From: a virus
Lineage: Duplodnaviria > Caudoviricetes
Reading direction: 5' to 3' (one strand)
Length of the DNA stretch: 52,239 nt
IMG/VR virus record: IMGVR_UViG_3300009158_000066
Location: 1-52,239 of that record
Position numbers and translations under genes: made by a program. The notes below the pieces were generated by a model. That model was not told the origin of the DNA, searched no databases, and saw nothing but the letters and a program-made list of their open reading frames with translations. This document shows, piece by piece, positions 39,794 to 48,890 of this stretch (its first letter is position 1; each line of letters begins with the position of its first letter).

Positions 39794-40330
39794 ATGAAAA
39801 AATGGGTAGCTTTATTCTCACAAACAGGTACAGAGATCTTTAATCTAATTGAAGATCTTGCTATTAAACCTGATAGAATTGTTATTAATAATTCTGATCT
39901 AACAAATGTTAATAGTAAATTGTTAGATAAACATTTTGATGTATTGTGGGTTGTACCTAATAAGCCAAGCATTGAGGAGTATGATACCTTTCTTGATGAA
40001 AGTACAATCGTAACAATGCACGGTTGGTTGAGAATTGTGCCGCCTATAATTTGTGAGAGATATAAGATATATAATCTACACCCAGCTCCATTAACTCGTT
40101 ACCCATTTCTCAAAGGTAAAGATCCGCAAAAAAGATGTATAGAACAAAATCTAGAGTACGGTGGTAACACGTTACATGTGTGTTCGAGTGAGTTAGATTC
40201 AGGCAAAATTATATATGAGGATGAGGTTAGAATAAGAGGCTACAGTGTTAATGTAGCATATGATGCAATATATGCATCAGCATTTAAACTGTGGAAGAAA
40301 TTTCTAATAAATGAATTTAAAAGAAGTTAA
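39794..40330 (+). CDS. PurN-like formyltransferase (candidate preQ1 formyltransferase, DpdN-like)
   Basis: LFSQTGT, GWLRIVP, YNLHPAPL, GNTLH...ELDSGKI formyl-THF transferase motifs. Confidence 0.85.
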   Translation: MKKWVALFSQTGTEIFNLIEDLAIKPDRIVINNSDLTNVNSKLLDKHFDVLWVVPNKPSIEEYDTFLDESTIVTMHGWLRIVPPIICERYKIYNLHPAPLTRYPFLKGKDPQKRCIEQNLEYGGNTLHVCSSELDSGKIIYEDEVRIRGYSVNVAYDAIYASAFKLWKKFLINEFKRS

Positions 40331-40541
40331 AAGTTCAATACAGTTAGAGTTGCTTTATAAAATCTTGTCATGTATTTACAATGATGAACTAGAAACTTTA
40401 TTTGCGACAGAAAGTTATAGAGATATACATACCTTAGTCAAAAGTATGATTATTTACGACATGATATTTTACACTGCAGATAATAGATTGTTATTGACTT
40501 CTATAGGTAGAAACGTATTATTCAATTGCCCGTTATTTTAA
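40311..40541 (+). CDS. Small hypothetical protein
   Basis: 76 aa ORF within the operon. Confidence 0.55.
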   Translation: MNLKEVKSSIQLELLYKILSCIYNDELETLFATESYRDIHTLVKSMIIYDMIFYTADNRLLLTSIGRNVLFNCPLF

Positions 40542-40545
40542 ATTT

Positions 40546-41076
40546 ATGAAAATTGCACTTTCAGGTCTACACAGTCAAGGCAAGACAACGTTACTCAATA
40601 TCTTTGATAACAATCAAATTTTTAAAGATTATTATAAAGTGCCAAGCCCTACAAGAATACTTCAAAGTGAAGGTTTTGTAATAAATGAAAGCGGGGATGA
40701 AGTTACTCAAACACTCATAATGATGCAACATTATAAGAACGCTGTAAAGTGCGGTACAAAAGCTTTTTTTGATCGTTGTACTTTAGATGGCTTAGCGTAT
40801 AGTCTCTTTTTTAAAGAGAAATTAAAAGATAAAAAAGTGTATAGTTTAATTGTAGATTTATTTAAATTAACAATTCAAAGCTATGATGTTATATTTTATA
40901 TTGAACCAGAACTTGAACTACAGAATGACAATACACGATCTCTTGATCGTGTATTTTTTGACAATGTAAAACAAAACTTTGAAGACGTTATTGCAGAGTA
41001 CAAAATTGATGTTAAAAGAGTTAAAGGTACAATACAAGAACGTGTAGATTTTATACAGAAATTTATTAATATTTAA
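40546..41076 (+). CDS. P-loop nucleotide kinase-like protein (AAA_28/NadR-type)
   Basis: GLHSQGKTT, FDRCTLD.LAY, YDVIFY; similar motifs to 21078..21695. Confidence 0.8.
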   Translation: MKIALSGLHSQGKTTLLNIFDNNQIFKDYYKVPSPTRILQSEGFVINESGDEVTQTLIMMQHYKNAVKCGTKAFFDRCTLDGLAYSLFFKEKLKDKKVYSLIVDLFKLTIQSYDVIFYIEPELELQNDNTRSLDRVFFDNVKQNFEDVIAEYKIDVKRVKGTIQERVDFIQKFINI

Positions 41077-41078
41077 AT

Positions 41079-41987
41079 ATGAGTGATATACTAGACAATT
41101 CAGCTATTTCAAAAGTTCTAGGTCAGAGAGTATCTGCACCTGCTCGTTATGATAAATCTATTTTAGTCCGAGAACCTCGACAAAGTAATAGAACGTATTT
41201 AGGTATACGTGATAGTGCTTTACCGTTTGTTGGTAAAGATCTTTGGAATAACTGGGAGATTAGTGCGCTTACAACTAACGGTATGCCGATAACAGGTATT
41301 GCACAAATAGTATACGACTGTAACTCAAAGTATATTGTTGAATCAAAATCTGCTAAGTTGTATTTTAATTCTTTCAATATGACTCAATTTGGAGATTCAA
41401 GTACGGAGGTAATTAAAAATATTGAAGAGTGTGCTTCAAGAGATTTATCTGAACTACTTGAATCACCCGTATCTGTAAAGATATTTTCAGCATCAGCTCA
41501 TAATTCACGAGATACTGATTTGAAGGAATATTCAAAGTATATAACACTTGAAGACCAAGAAGGTGTAAATGAAATAAAATTTAACACATATAGTGAGAAT
41601 TCAGGTTTGCTTGTTATTAACAAGAGTAATACAACTCAAGAACAATACTTTAGAAGTACACTACTACGTTCAAATTGCCGTGTAACTAATCAACCCGATC
41701 ACGGAGATGTATATATCTACCTGAAATCAAAAAATAAAATTACACCAAAATCCCTTATTCAATATATAGTGAGTTTTAGAAATGAGTGTCATTTTCACGA
41801 AGAGATCTGTGAGGCTATTTATAAACGTATTCTTGATCTATGTGAACCTGAAGAGTTGAGAGTGTCATGCTATTATGTACGTCGTGGAAGTTTAGACATC
41901 AACCCTGTACGAGCTACTCATGAACATTTACTTGAAGATTATCTATTAAATACTAATATACGTTTCTGTAAGACACCTAGACAATAA
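41079..41987 (+). CDS. queF: NADPH-dependent preQ0 reductase, bimodular QueF
   Basis: DLWNNWEIS, VESKSAKLYFNSF, RSNCRVTNQPD (catalytic Cys/Asp), FHEEICE, RRGSLDINP. Confidence 0.95.
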   Translation: MSDILDNSAISKVLGQRVSAPARYDKSILVREPRQSNRTYLGIRDSALPFVGKDLWNNWEISALTTNGMPITGIAQIVYDCNSKYIVESKSAKLYFNSFNMTQFGDSSTEVIKNIEECASRDLSELLESPVSVKIFSASAHNSRDTDLKEYSKYITLEDQEGVNEIKFNTYSENSGLLVINKSNTTQEQYFRSTLLRSNCRVTNQPDHGDVYIYLKSKNKITPKSLIQYIVSFRNECHFHEEICEAIYKRILDLCEPEELRVSCYYVRRGSLDINPVRATHEHLLEDYLLNTNIRFCKTPRQ

Positions 41988-41992
41988 AAATT

Positions 41993-42373
41993 ATGAAGAA
42001 AAACGAAAAAGACAATAAAGAAACCTTGACAGTGTTTCTTGATACAATTGGTCGAACTATTCTTGGCGCTCTTGAAGCGGAAGATAGTAACTCAATTACT
42101 ATCAAGAACCCTGCAGTCGTAAACATTACTCCCAACCCTACAAACGGTCAGATATCTCTACAGTTACTACCTCTATTTTTTAGAGAGTTTCTAGCAGATA
42201 GTACCGAACCTACCAGGTGGGTGTATCAGAAGAGTTTAATAACTCGCTGTCAAGATATTACTCTTGACTTCAAGTTTCTAGCACAATACGGCCAAATTTT
42301 TGCACCAATTCAAGCTCAACAAGCAGAGCCTCCCAAGGGAGATGGTAATGTGATCAAATTATTTGATGAATAA
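41993..42373 (+). CDS. Hypothetical protein
   Basis: 126 aa ORF ending VIKLFDE. Confidence 0.7.
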   Translation: MKKNEKDNKETLTVFLDTIGRTILGALEAEDSNSITIKNPAVVNITPNPTNGQISLQLLPLFFREFLADSTEPTRWVYQKSLITRCQDITLDFKFLAQYGQIFAPIQAQQAEPPKGDGNVIKLFDE

Positions 42374-42400
42374 TTAAAACACAACACTAACAAACTCATT

Positions 42401-42434
42401 AAAACCTACACAATACAAAGTGTAGGTTTTTTTT
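42401..42434 (+). terminator. Intrinsic terminator
   Basis: AAAACCTACAC-aatacaaa-GTGTAGGTTTT followed by a T-run. Confidence 0.85.
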
Positions 42435-42467
42435 GATTTAACGAGAATGTAATATATCATACTACAT

Positions 42468-43565
42468 ATGGCTAAAGACTCTCTTAATCATCTTAAAGAT
42501 ATTTTCAAATCTGTCGACGATCTTAACCCTGACGCTGCTACTCTCGATGAAAGTACTCTTTCGTCTGCTGACGAATGGATTGATACTGGGTGTTATGCAT
42601 TAAACGCTATCATTTCAGGTTCTTTATATAAAGGTATACCTGTAGGGCGTATTGCAGGGTTTGCAGGACCATCGCAAGCTGGCAAATCACTGATAATGAA
42701 TCGCATCATGGCTAATGCTCAGAAGATAGGCTATGTACCTGTAATTTGGGATTCGGAAGTTGCAGTAGATAAGCGCAGCGCTGAAGGTGCAGGTATGGAC
42801 ACAAAACGGGTTAAGTATTACCCAGTAGAAACTATTGAAGATTGTAGAAATCAAATGTGTAAATTCTTTGATAATATTATTGCAGCAAATAATCCAGAGT
42901 TAAAATTTATCGTTGCAATTGATTCTCTCGGTAACTTAGCAAGTGCGAAGGAAATAAGAGATGCATCTGCAGGTAAGGATGCAAGTGATGTTGGTCAACG
43001 TGCAAAAGCAATCAAATCAATGATGCGTACTTTAACGTATAAAGCTGCAAAAGCAAAAGTACCAGTGTTGTTTAGTAATCATATATATGATAGTATGGAG
43101 ATGTTTCCTTCACTCGTTAAGACACAAAGTGGTGGGAAAGGACCTATATATCTTGCATCAGTATTAGTGCAGTTGAGTACTCGTAACGAGAAGTCTACTG
43201 AAAACCCAAATGAAGCGTCAGTAGCTATTTCAAATAATGTTTCAGGTGTAACACTTTCAGCAATGACTGTTAAAAATCGTTTTGTACCAAACTTTTTAAA
43301 GACTGAATTATATTTAAATTTCAAAACCGGTCTTGATAAATACTCAGGGCTATTTGAAATAGCAACAGCGTATGGAGTTTTAGTGAAAGCAGGTAATAGA
43401 TATACATTTGGTGAAGAGAATTTAGGTTATCGTAAAGATATTGAAAAAAATATTGAATGTTGGGAGAAGATAATGCCAAAACTTGAAGAAGTTCTGCAAG
43501 AGCAATTATGTTATAGCAATGATAAGACAGCTGAGTTGCAAAAAGAAGTTGACGATATAGCATAA
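42468..43565 (+). CDS. uvsX: RecA-like recombinase UvsX
   Basis: IDTGCYALNAIISG, GPSQAGKS, WDSE, IDSLGNL, NHIY, SGG, KNRF. Confidence 0.93.
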   Translation: MAKDSLNHLKDIFKSVDDLNPDAATLDESTLSSADEWIDTGCYALNAIISGSLYKGIPVGRIAGFAGPSQAGKSLIMNRIMANAQKIGYVPVIWDSEVAVDKRSAEGAGMDTKRVKYYPVETIEDCRNQMCKFFDNIIAANNPELKFIVAIDSLGNLASAKEIRDASAGKDASDVGQRAKAIKSMMRTLTYKAAKAKVPVLFSNHIYDSMEMFPSLVKTQSGGKGPIYLASVLVQLSTRNEKSTENPNEASVAISNNVSGVTLSAMTVKNRFVPNFLKTELYLNFKTGLDKYSGLFEIATAYGVLVKAGNRYTFGEENLGYRKDIEKNIECWEKIMPKLEEVLQEQLCYSNDKTAELQKEVDDIA

Positions 43566-43570
43566 TATCT

Positions 43571-44920
43571 ATGCAGAATACAAACATAGCAACAACGCTT
43601 GACCTTGACTTCTACGAAGGTGTAATTTTGCTAAATAGTCTCTTAAGTACAGACTATCTAGCAACAATAATAGATTTTGTTAAACCTGATTATTTTAATG
43701 ATAAAGACATTAGGGTAGTGTTTAGTACTATATCTAATTTCTTTCAAGAAAGAGGTGTAATACCAACACATACAGAAATAAAATCAAGACTCCTAACAGA
43801 AGAAGATAAAAAAGCATTTAATAATACAGCTACAAAGTTAAAACAACTCGATAAAACTTTTGAAAAGCAAGAACTTCTAATAAACACCGAGCGCTTTCTT
43901 AAAGAAAGATGTCTACAGAAAGCTATTATTGAAACTGCAGAAAAATTTTCAAAAGGTAAGATAGAACCTCAAGAAATTTTACAAGAGTTTGAAAAAGCTA
44001 GTGCTATCTCATTAAGTGAGAGTATGGGGCATTGGTATTTTGAAGATATTGATAAACATATCAAAGATCTCGTCACAACCTACAACCCACTACCTTTAGG
44101 TTGGAGATTTTTAGACGAACGTTTAGAGGGCGGACTTTATCCAAAAACGTTAACTTGTTTTTTAGGTCAAGTTAACGTCGGTAAGAGTATATTCTTGGGA
44201 AATATAGCTACAAATATAGTTATGAGAAATCATAACGTGTTGTTGATTTCTCTTGAGATGTCTGAGTTTATGTATGCTAAGCGAATAAGCTCTCAGATTA
44301 CACAGATACCACATAATGAATTAAAAGTATACACTGATGAGATTAAAGAGTCTGTAGAACATCTAAAGCGACAAATAGAAAGTAAATTGGTAATTAAAGA
44401 GTACCCACCAAAATCAATTACATGTAGACATATTGACGCATACATGACTAAACTAACACAACGCGGGTTTAAACCTGCTGTTTTAGTTATTGATTATATT
44501 AATTTATTAAAACCGGTTTCAAAGAACTTAAACTCATATGAGAGTGTTAAAGAAGTTGCTGAACAGTTAAGAGCTCTATCGTTTAAATACAATATACCGA
44601 TTGTAACAGCTTCTCAGCTTAAGAGAGATGCGTTCAATACATCCAACCCAGGTATGGAGGGGGTATCAGAAAGTATTGGTCTTGCAGCAACTTGTGATGT
44701 TATGTGCTCTATATGGCAGGAAGAAGAAGATAAAGAATTAGGTCTAGTTCATTTAGGTATGATCAAGAACCGATTTGGGCCAAATTATGGTACATGCGCT
44801 TTTAAAATTAAATATGACACACTCACTCTAACAGAGACAAGTGTTGATTATTTTGCAGCTGATAATGTAGAAAACGCTATTGAAGACGCATCAACTACAT
44901 TAGATAAATTGAGTGTTTAA
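43571..44920 (+). CDS. gp41: Replicative helicase gp41 (DnaB-like)
   Basis: GQVNVGKS, ISLEMSE, IKEYP, IDYINL, TASQ, KNRFG. Confidence 0.95.
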   Translation: MQNTNIATTLDLDFYEGVILLNSLLSTDYLATIIDFVKPDYFNDKDIRVVFSTISNFFQERGVIPTHTEIKSRLLTEEDKKAFNNTATKLKQLDKTFEKQELLINTERFLKERCLQKAIIETAEKFSKGKIEPQEILQEFEKASAISLSESMGHWYFEDIDKHIKDLVTTYNPLPLGWRFLDERLEGGLYPKTLTCFLGQVNVGKSIFLGNIATNIVMRNHNVLLISLEMSEFMYAKRISSQITQIPHNELKVYTDEIKESVEHLKRQIESKLVIKEYPPKSITCRHIDAYMTKLTQRGFKPAVLVIDYINLLKPVSKNLNSYESVKEVAEQLRALSFKYNIPIVTASQLKRDAFNTSNPGMEGVSESIGLAATCDVMCSIWQEEEDKELGLVHLGMIKNRFGPNYGTCAFKIKYDTLTLTETSVDYFAADNVENAIEDASTTLDKLSV

Positions 44921-44968
44921 GATATTATAAAATAACACACTATACTTTAAGTTGAACTAAAAGTACAA

Positions 44969-44993
44969 ATCGCCTAATTAACAATTAGGCGAT
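44969..44993 (+). promoter_or_regulatory. 11 bp hairpin overlapping the start codon of 44992..45309, with CTAATTA at the apex
   Basis: atcgcctaatt-aac-aattaggcgat; ATG at 44992. Confidence 0.6.
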
Positions 44994-45309
44994 GCTTAAT
45001 AGTAAAAATATTACAAATATTATACATAATAGTAACCCTGTTGAAACAACTGCTGGCAAGGAGTTTATAACAGGTTTACTAAAAGTTGGAGCGTTTCTGT
45101 CAATAGTTAGCGGCAAGAAGATAAATTCTTCTACTTTATTTACTATGATCCTTGAAAATAGCGACATTCGCTATATATTTGTGTCATTAACAGGTGCTTC
45201 AGACGAAAGAGAAGCACTATTGGGTATGCTATATATGTACCCTGCTCTTTTAAAGAGTAAAAATGTTAAAAAGACGTTTCAAAGATCCCTTAAAAATGAC
45301 AGAATTTGA
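44992..45309 (+). CDS. Hypothetical protein
   Basis: 105 aa ORF. Confidence 0.65.
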   Translation: MLNSKNITNIIHNSNPVETTAGKEFITGLLKVGAFLSIVSGKKINSSTLFTMILENSDIRYIFVSLTGASDEREALLGMLYMYPALLKSKNVKKTFQRSLKNDRI

Positions 45310-45973
45310 AAAGCAAATATACAACAGTTATCTTGCAATAACCCGACAGATAAAAAACAAACCGTTCAAAAAGAGAGCAAACTTTGAAAATTTTGAACAA
45401 ACACCAGAATATCTTTTAGTAAAAAGACTCTGTATTCTCTTTAGCAAACATAAAGAGATTGATATAAAAACTTACTTTGAAGCCCCATATAAAATATACC
45501 AAGATGCTTCATTTTTCGATTTAGGCTATTACTCAAGCCCTCGAGCTGTAAAAGCATACACTTTATATCGAAAAATATTAAACTCTAATAATCCTGATGA
45601 TTGTGTTGATGAAGTTAAAAAATCATTAGAGTTTTTAACTAAATTCTGTATTGATTCAAATATACAGCTTTTAGATTATACAAAACATTCTAGTGGTAGT
45701 ATACCTACATGGGTAGAACATCTTAAAAGAAATCAAATACACCCTTACACCTTAATGGAGTTTACAGGTATATATAAAACACTCAATACACTTACCCCTG
45801 AAGAACAAGAAATACTGCTTGGGTCTTTTGCTTCAGACTACTTTAAGTTTAGAGACAAGTATAATAACAGCAACACCCTCAAGCCGTTACTGCAAAAAGC
45901 TTTCTTTAAACTTCAGAATTTAATTTTTAAACGCTTGCAGATAAAGAAGGAGAATATACAATATAAAGAATAA
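45296..45973 (+). CDS. Hypothetical protein, possibly a gp59-like helicase loader
   Basis: Size, basic aromatic composition and position directly upstream of gp32 (T4 order 59-32); no definitive motif. Confidence 0.45.
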   Translation: MTEFEKQIYNSYLAITRQIKNKPFKKRANFENFEQTPEYLLVKRLCILFSKHKEIDIKTYFEAPYKIYQDASFFDLGYYSSPRAVKAYTLYRKILNSNNPDDCVDEVKKSLEFLTKFCIDSNIQLLDYTKHSSGSIPTWVEHLKRNQIHPYTLMEFTGIYKTLNTLTPEEQEILLGSFASDYFKFRDKYNNSNTLKPLLQKAFFKLQNLIFKRLQIKKENIQYKE

Positions 45974-45976
45974 ATT

Positions 45977-46891
45977 ATGAAATTTACTAACTCAATGTTT
46001 AACGATATTAAGACAGCAATGACTTCTAAAGGTGAATCAGCTTTTAAAGATGTCTTAAAATTTGAAGCAGGCAAGACGTATAACCTACGCCTTGTACCAA
46101 ACATCAACCAGCCAAAGAAAAGCATCTTTCATTATTATCATCATAGCTGGAATAGCTTGGCTAGTACTAAGTTTCTATCTACTGTATGCCCTACTACGTT
46201 TGGTGAATCATGCCCTATCTGCAGTCACGCTATCAAGACTTTTCGTAACGGTTCAAACGAAGAAAAAGAAAAGAACAAGCTTATTTCTAGAAAAGAAAAT
46301 TGGCTTGCTAATGTGTATGTAGTAGCAGACCCTTCTAACGCTGAGAATGTAGGTAAGGTCAAGATGCTTAGGTATGGTCGCGAATTGGCAAAGATTATCA
46401 ACGAAGCAATTGACGGTGAAGATTCTGAAGATTTTGGAGCCAAGATCTTTGATGTAGTGAATGGTTGTACCTTGCGCGTAAAGTGTGAAGCTCGTTCTGG
46501 AGCTCCGCAGAAGAAGCAGTTTGTTACGTACGGTTCGAGTAAGTTCGTAGCAGCATCAACGCTTGATGATATTGATGCTGGTCGTCTAGCTGAAATTCAC
46601 GCAAGTATCTTTGATCTTGAAGCTGTCAACAAGCTTGCTACCTCCCCTGAATTGCAGAGGATGTTAGACCAACATTATTTCTGCGTTGAAGATGCAGTGT
46701 CTTCAGAAGATGAAATTGTTGATGATGAAATACCTAGCAAGAAACCTGAACTAACTAAAAAGAAAGAAGTATCTAAACCAAAAACTCAGATTGATGATAT
46801 CTTCGAAGGAGTAAAAGAAGCTAAGAGTAAGAGTGAAGACGAAGACGATTTTTATGACGATGAATTGAAAGATATTCTCAGCAAAATGTAA
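45977..46891 (+). CDS. gp32: Single-stranded DNA-binding protein gp32
   Basis: LRLVP, HSW, CPTTFGESCPIC, NVYVVADP...GKV, YGSSKF, acidic C-terminal tail. Confidence 0.93.
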   Translation: MKFTNSMFNDIKTAMTSKGESAFKDVLKFEAGKTYNLRLVPNINQPKKSIFHYYHHSWNSLASTKFLSTVCPTTFGESCPICSHAIKTFRNGSNEEKEKNKLISRKENWLANVYVVADPSNAENVGKVKMLRYGRELAKIINEAIDGEDSEDFGAKIFDVVNGCTLRVKCEARSGAPQKKQFVTYGSSKFVAASTLDDIDAGRLAEIHASIFDLEAVNKLATSPELQRMLDQHYFCVEDAVSSEDEIVDDEIPSKKPELTKKKEVSKPKTQIDDIFEGVKEAKSKSEDEDDFYDDELKDILSKM

Positions 46892-46934
46892 CCTTTAACT
46901 TTATTAATTTTAGTAACTAACTTATATAAATTAT

Positions 46935-47768
46935 ATGCCACGTAAAAAAACAAACGACGACATACCAGACATTCAAAATACAATTGAGGGATTTCCAAAG
47001 AAATATATACCAAAAGTAGGTACTCGAGACGCCACGGTGCCTATCAAGATCATTCGTAAGGATGGAACTGTAAATGAAGGTAGTGGTAAGGTTAGTATGT
47101 ATACTGATCTTACACCTGAAGTAAAGGGTACGAATATGAGTCGGTATCGTATTCTTATTGAAGAGATTCTTCAGAAAGATGGTTATTATATTCATGAAGT
47201 AATTCCGAGTCTCCTTACTGAATGTAAGGAGCGTCTTAAGGCTGATAATGCTTATGTGAAGATTAACTTTGACTACTTTCTTAAGAAGAAAGCGCCAGTA
47301 TCAGGTGTAGAGTCTCATATGGATTATAGAGGCTGTATGGAAGGTAAATTGATCAATGGAGAGCAGAAGCTATATCTAAAGGTTAGTGTGCTGTATGCAT
47401 CGTTGTGCCCTTGTAGTAAAGAGATTAGTGATTATGGAGCTCATAATCAGCGAAGTGTTGCAGATGTAGTAGTAGAACTTGATGAGTCAAAAGGTGTTAT
47501 GTGGATTGAGGAGTTGATTGATATTGTAGAGCGTTGCAGTTCTGCACCTATCATTAACGCATTGAAGAGAATCGATGAAGCATATCAAACAGAACTAATG
47601 TATGAAAACCCTCGCTTTGTTGAAGATATGGTTCGCTTGATTGGTCAAGAGCTTGATATTGAGCTTGATAACCGTATCAAAGATTATAGTGTTGTAGTAA
47701 ATCACTATGAAAGTATTCATAGTTCAACTGCATGTGCAATTATTAACGCTGGTAGAACATTAACGTAA
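46935..47768 (+). CDS. folE2: GTP cyclohydrolase IB
   Basis: KGTNMSR, SLCPCSKEISDYGAHNQR, KRIDE, ENPRFVEDMVR, ESIH. Confidence 0.95.
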   Translation: MPRKKTNDDIPDIQNTIEGFPKKYIPKVGTRDATVPIKIIRKDGTVNEGSGKVSMYTDLTPEVKGTNMSRYRILIEEILQKDGYYIHEVIPSLLTECKERLKADNAYVKINFDYFLKKKAPVSGVESHMDYRGCMEGKLINGEQKLYLKVSVLYASLCPCSKEISDYGAHNQRSVADVVVELDESKGVMWIEELIDIVERCSSAPIINALKRIDEAYQTELMYENPRFVEDMVRLIGQELDIELDNRIKDYSVVVNHYESIHSSTACAIINAGRTLT

Positions 47769-47772
47769 TATT

Positions 47773-48150
47773 ATGGATGAATTTGCAGCAGCTTTAATGG
47801 CAAAATTAGTATCTGGCAACCTCCAAATGGTTGATGAATCTACTGTACAGAGATCTACATCCGGTCCAGCAAACAAACTAGACCCTCATTCATTTCTACG
47901 TCAGCAGCAGCAGCAACAGAAACAGCAGGAGCAGATTAATGCAAATGTGTATCAGCCTGATGCTCATACTGAGGTTAACGTACATACAGTTCATGCAATA
48001 CAAGAAGAACCTCAATCTAATATTGCAAGATCAAAGAAGTTAAACAATACGCTAAATGTAGATAGTGCTGATTCTCAAAAATTAATTAAAATTTTTACAA
48101 GTATTGATAAATCTTTAAAAGCAATTGTAACTCATCTAACAAAACAGTAA
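47773..48150 (+). CDS. Hypothetical protein with poly-Gln stretch
   Basis: 125 aa ORF. Confidence 0.65.
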   Translation: MDEFAAALMAKLVSGNLQMVDESTVQRSTSGPANKLDPHSFLRQQQQQQKQQEQINANVYQPDAHTEVNVHTVHAIQEEPQSNIARSKKLNNTLNVDSADSQKLIKIFTSIDKSLKAIVTHLTKQ

Positions 48151-48151
48151 A

Positions 48152-48886
48152 TTGAAAACAACATTAAAATTACATAAAGAGAGTTTCGTGAGTCACTTTC
48201 TCCTACCTTTAGGCAAGCTAACTGATAATGTAATTTTAAACCTTACATCAGATAAAGTTGTTGCAACGTGCAGTACACCAGACGCTGGGGTGGTAGTATG
48301 TGCGGAGTATATATCTGAGTTTGATGTTGATAAAAGTTTAACCCTCAATCTACCCGACGTCAAGAAGTTCTCAAAGCTTCTTGACGGTTTAGCAGATGAA
48401 TACATTACATTAACATTTAATAGCAATCATTTAGCGTATAAAAGCTCTAGTATTAAGTTTAATTACTTTTTATTAGAAGAAGGTTATGTACAGCGTTGCC
48501 CTGTAAGTTCAGCAAAGATACAAGGTCTTACACATGATAGCTGCTTTACATTAACCTCAGATAAATTAAACGAAATACTAAGGGGCCATAGTATTGCTTC
48601 TGATGCTAGCAAGGTGTATTTCTTTCTTCAAGATGGGGAAGTGTATGCTGAGCTAAATGATAAAGAACGTCAGAATATCAACAATATTATGTATAGTGTT
48701 ACAGATGAGATTGAAGGAGAAGAATTTAATACACTTGCATTAAATCTAGAGTCCCTTAGAATGCTAACTGGGTTAAGAAATAGTAAATTTGAAGTAAAAA
48801 TTAATAACAAATTAAATGTATTTCTTTTTGATATCATCGAAGAGAAAATAAATATACGATTTGCTATCTCAGCTCTTGTTAAATAA
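48152..48886 (+). CDS. gp45: Sliding clamp, gp45-like
   Basis: 244 aa two-domain alpha/beta pattern (LNLPDVKKF..LL, F.L....L..I); replication context; TTG start. Confidence 0.65.
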   Translation: MKTTLKLHKESFVSHFLLPLGKLTDNVILNLTSDKVVATCSTPDAGVVVCAEYISEFDVDKSLTLNLPDVKKFSKLLDGLADEYITLTFNSNHLAYKSSSIKFNYFLLEEGYVQRCPVSSAKIQGLTHDSCFTLTSDKLNEILRGHSIASDASKVYFFLQDGEVYAELNDKERQNINNIMYSVTDEIEGEEFNTLALNLESLRMLTGLRNSKFEVKINNKLNVFLFDIIEEKINIRFAISALVK

Positions 48887-48890
48887 TATT

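Noticed and set aside
39794-40330. purN as a purine-synthesis auxiliary gene
   Set aside because: Its position between a TGT/DpdA-like gene and queF favours base formylation; not formally excluded
47902-47934. CAG run
   Set aside because: Short in-frame poly-Gln tract with no evidence of phase variation
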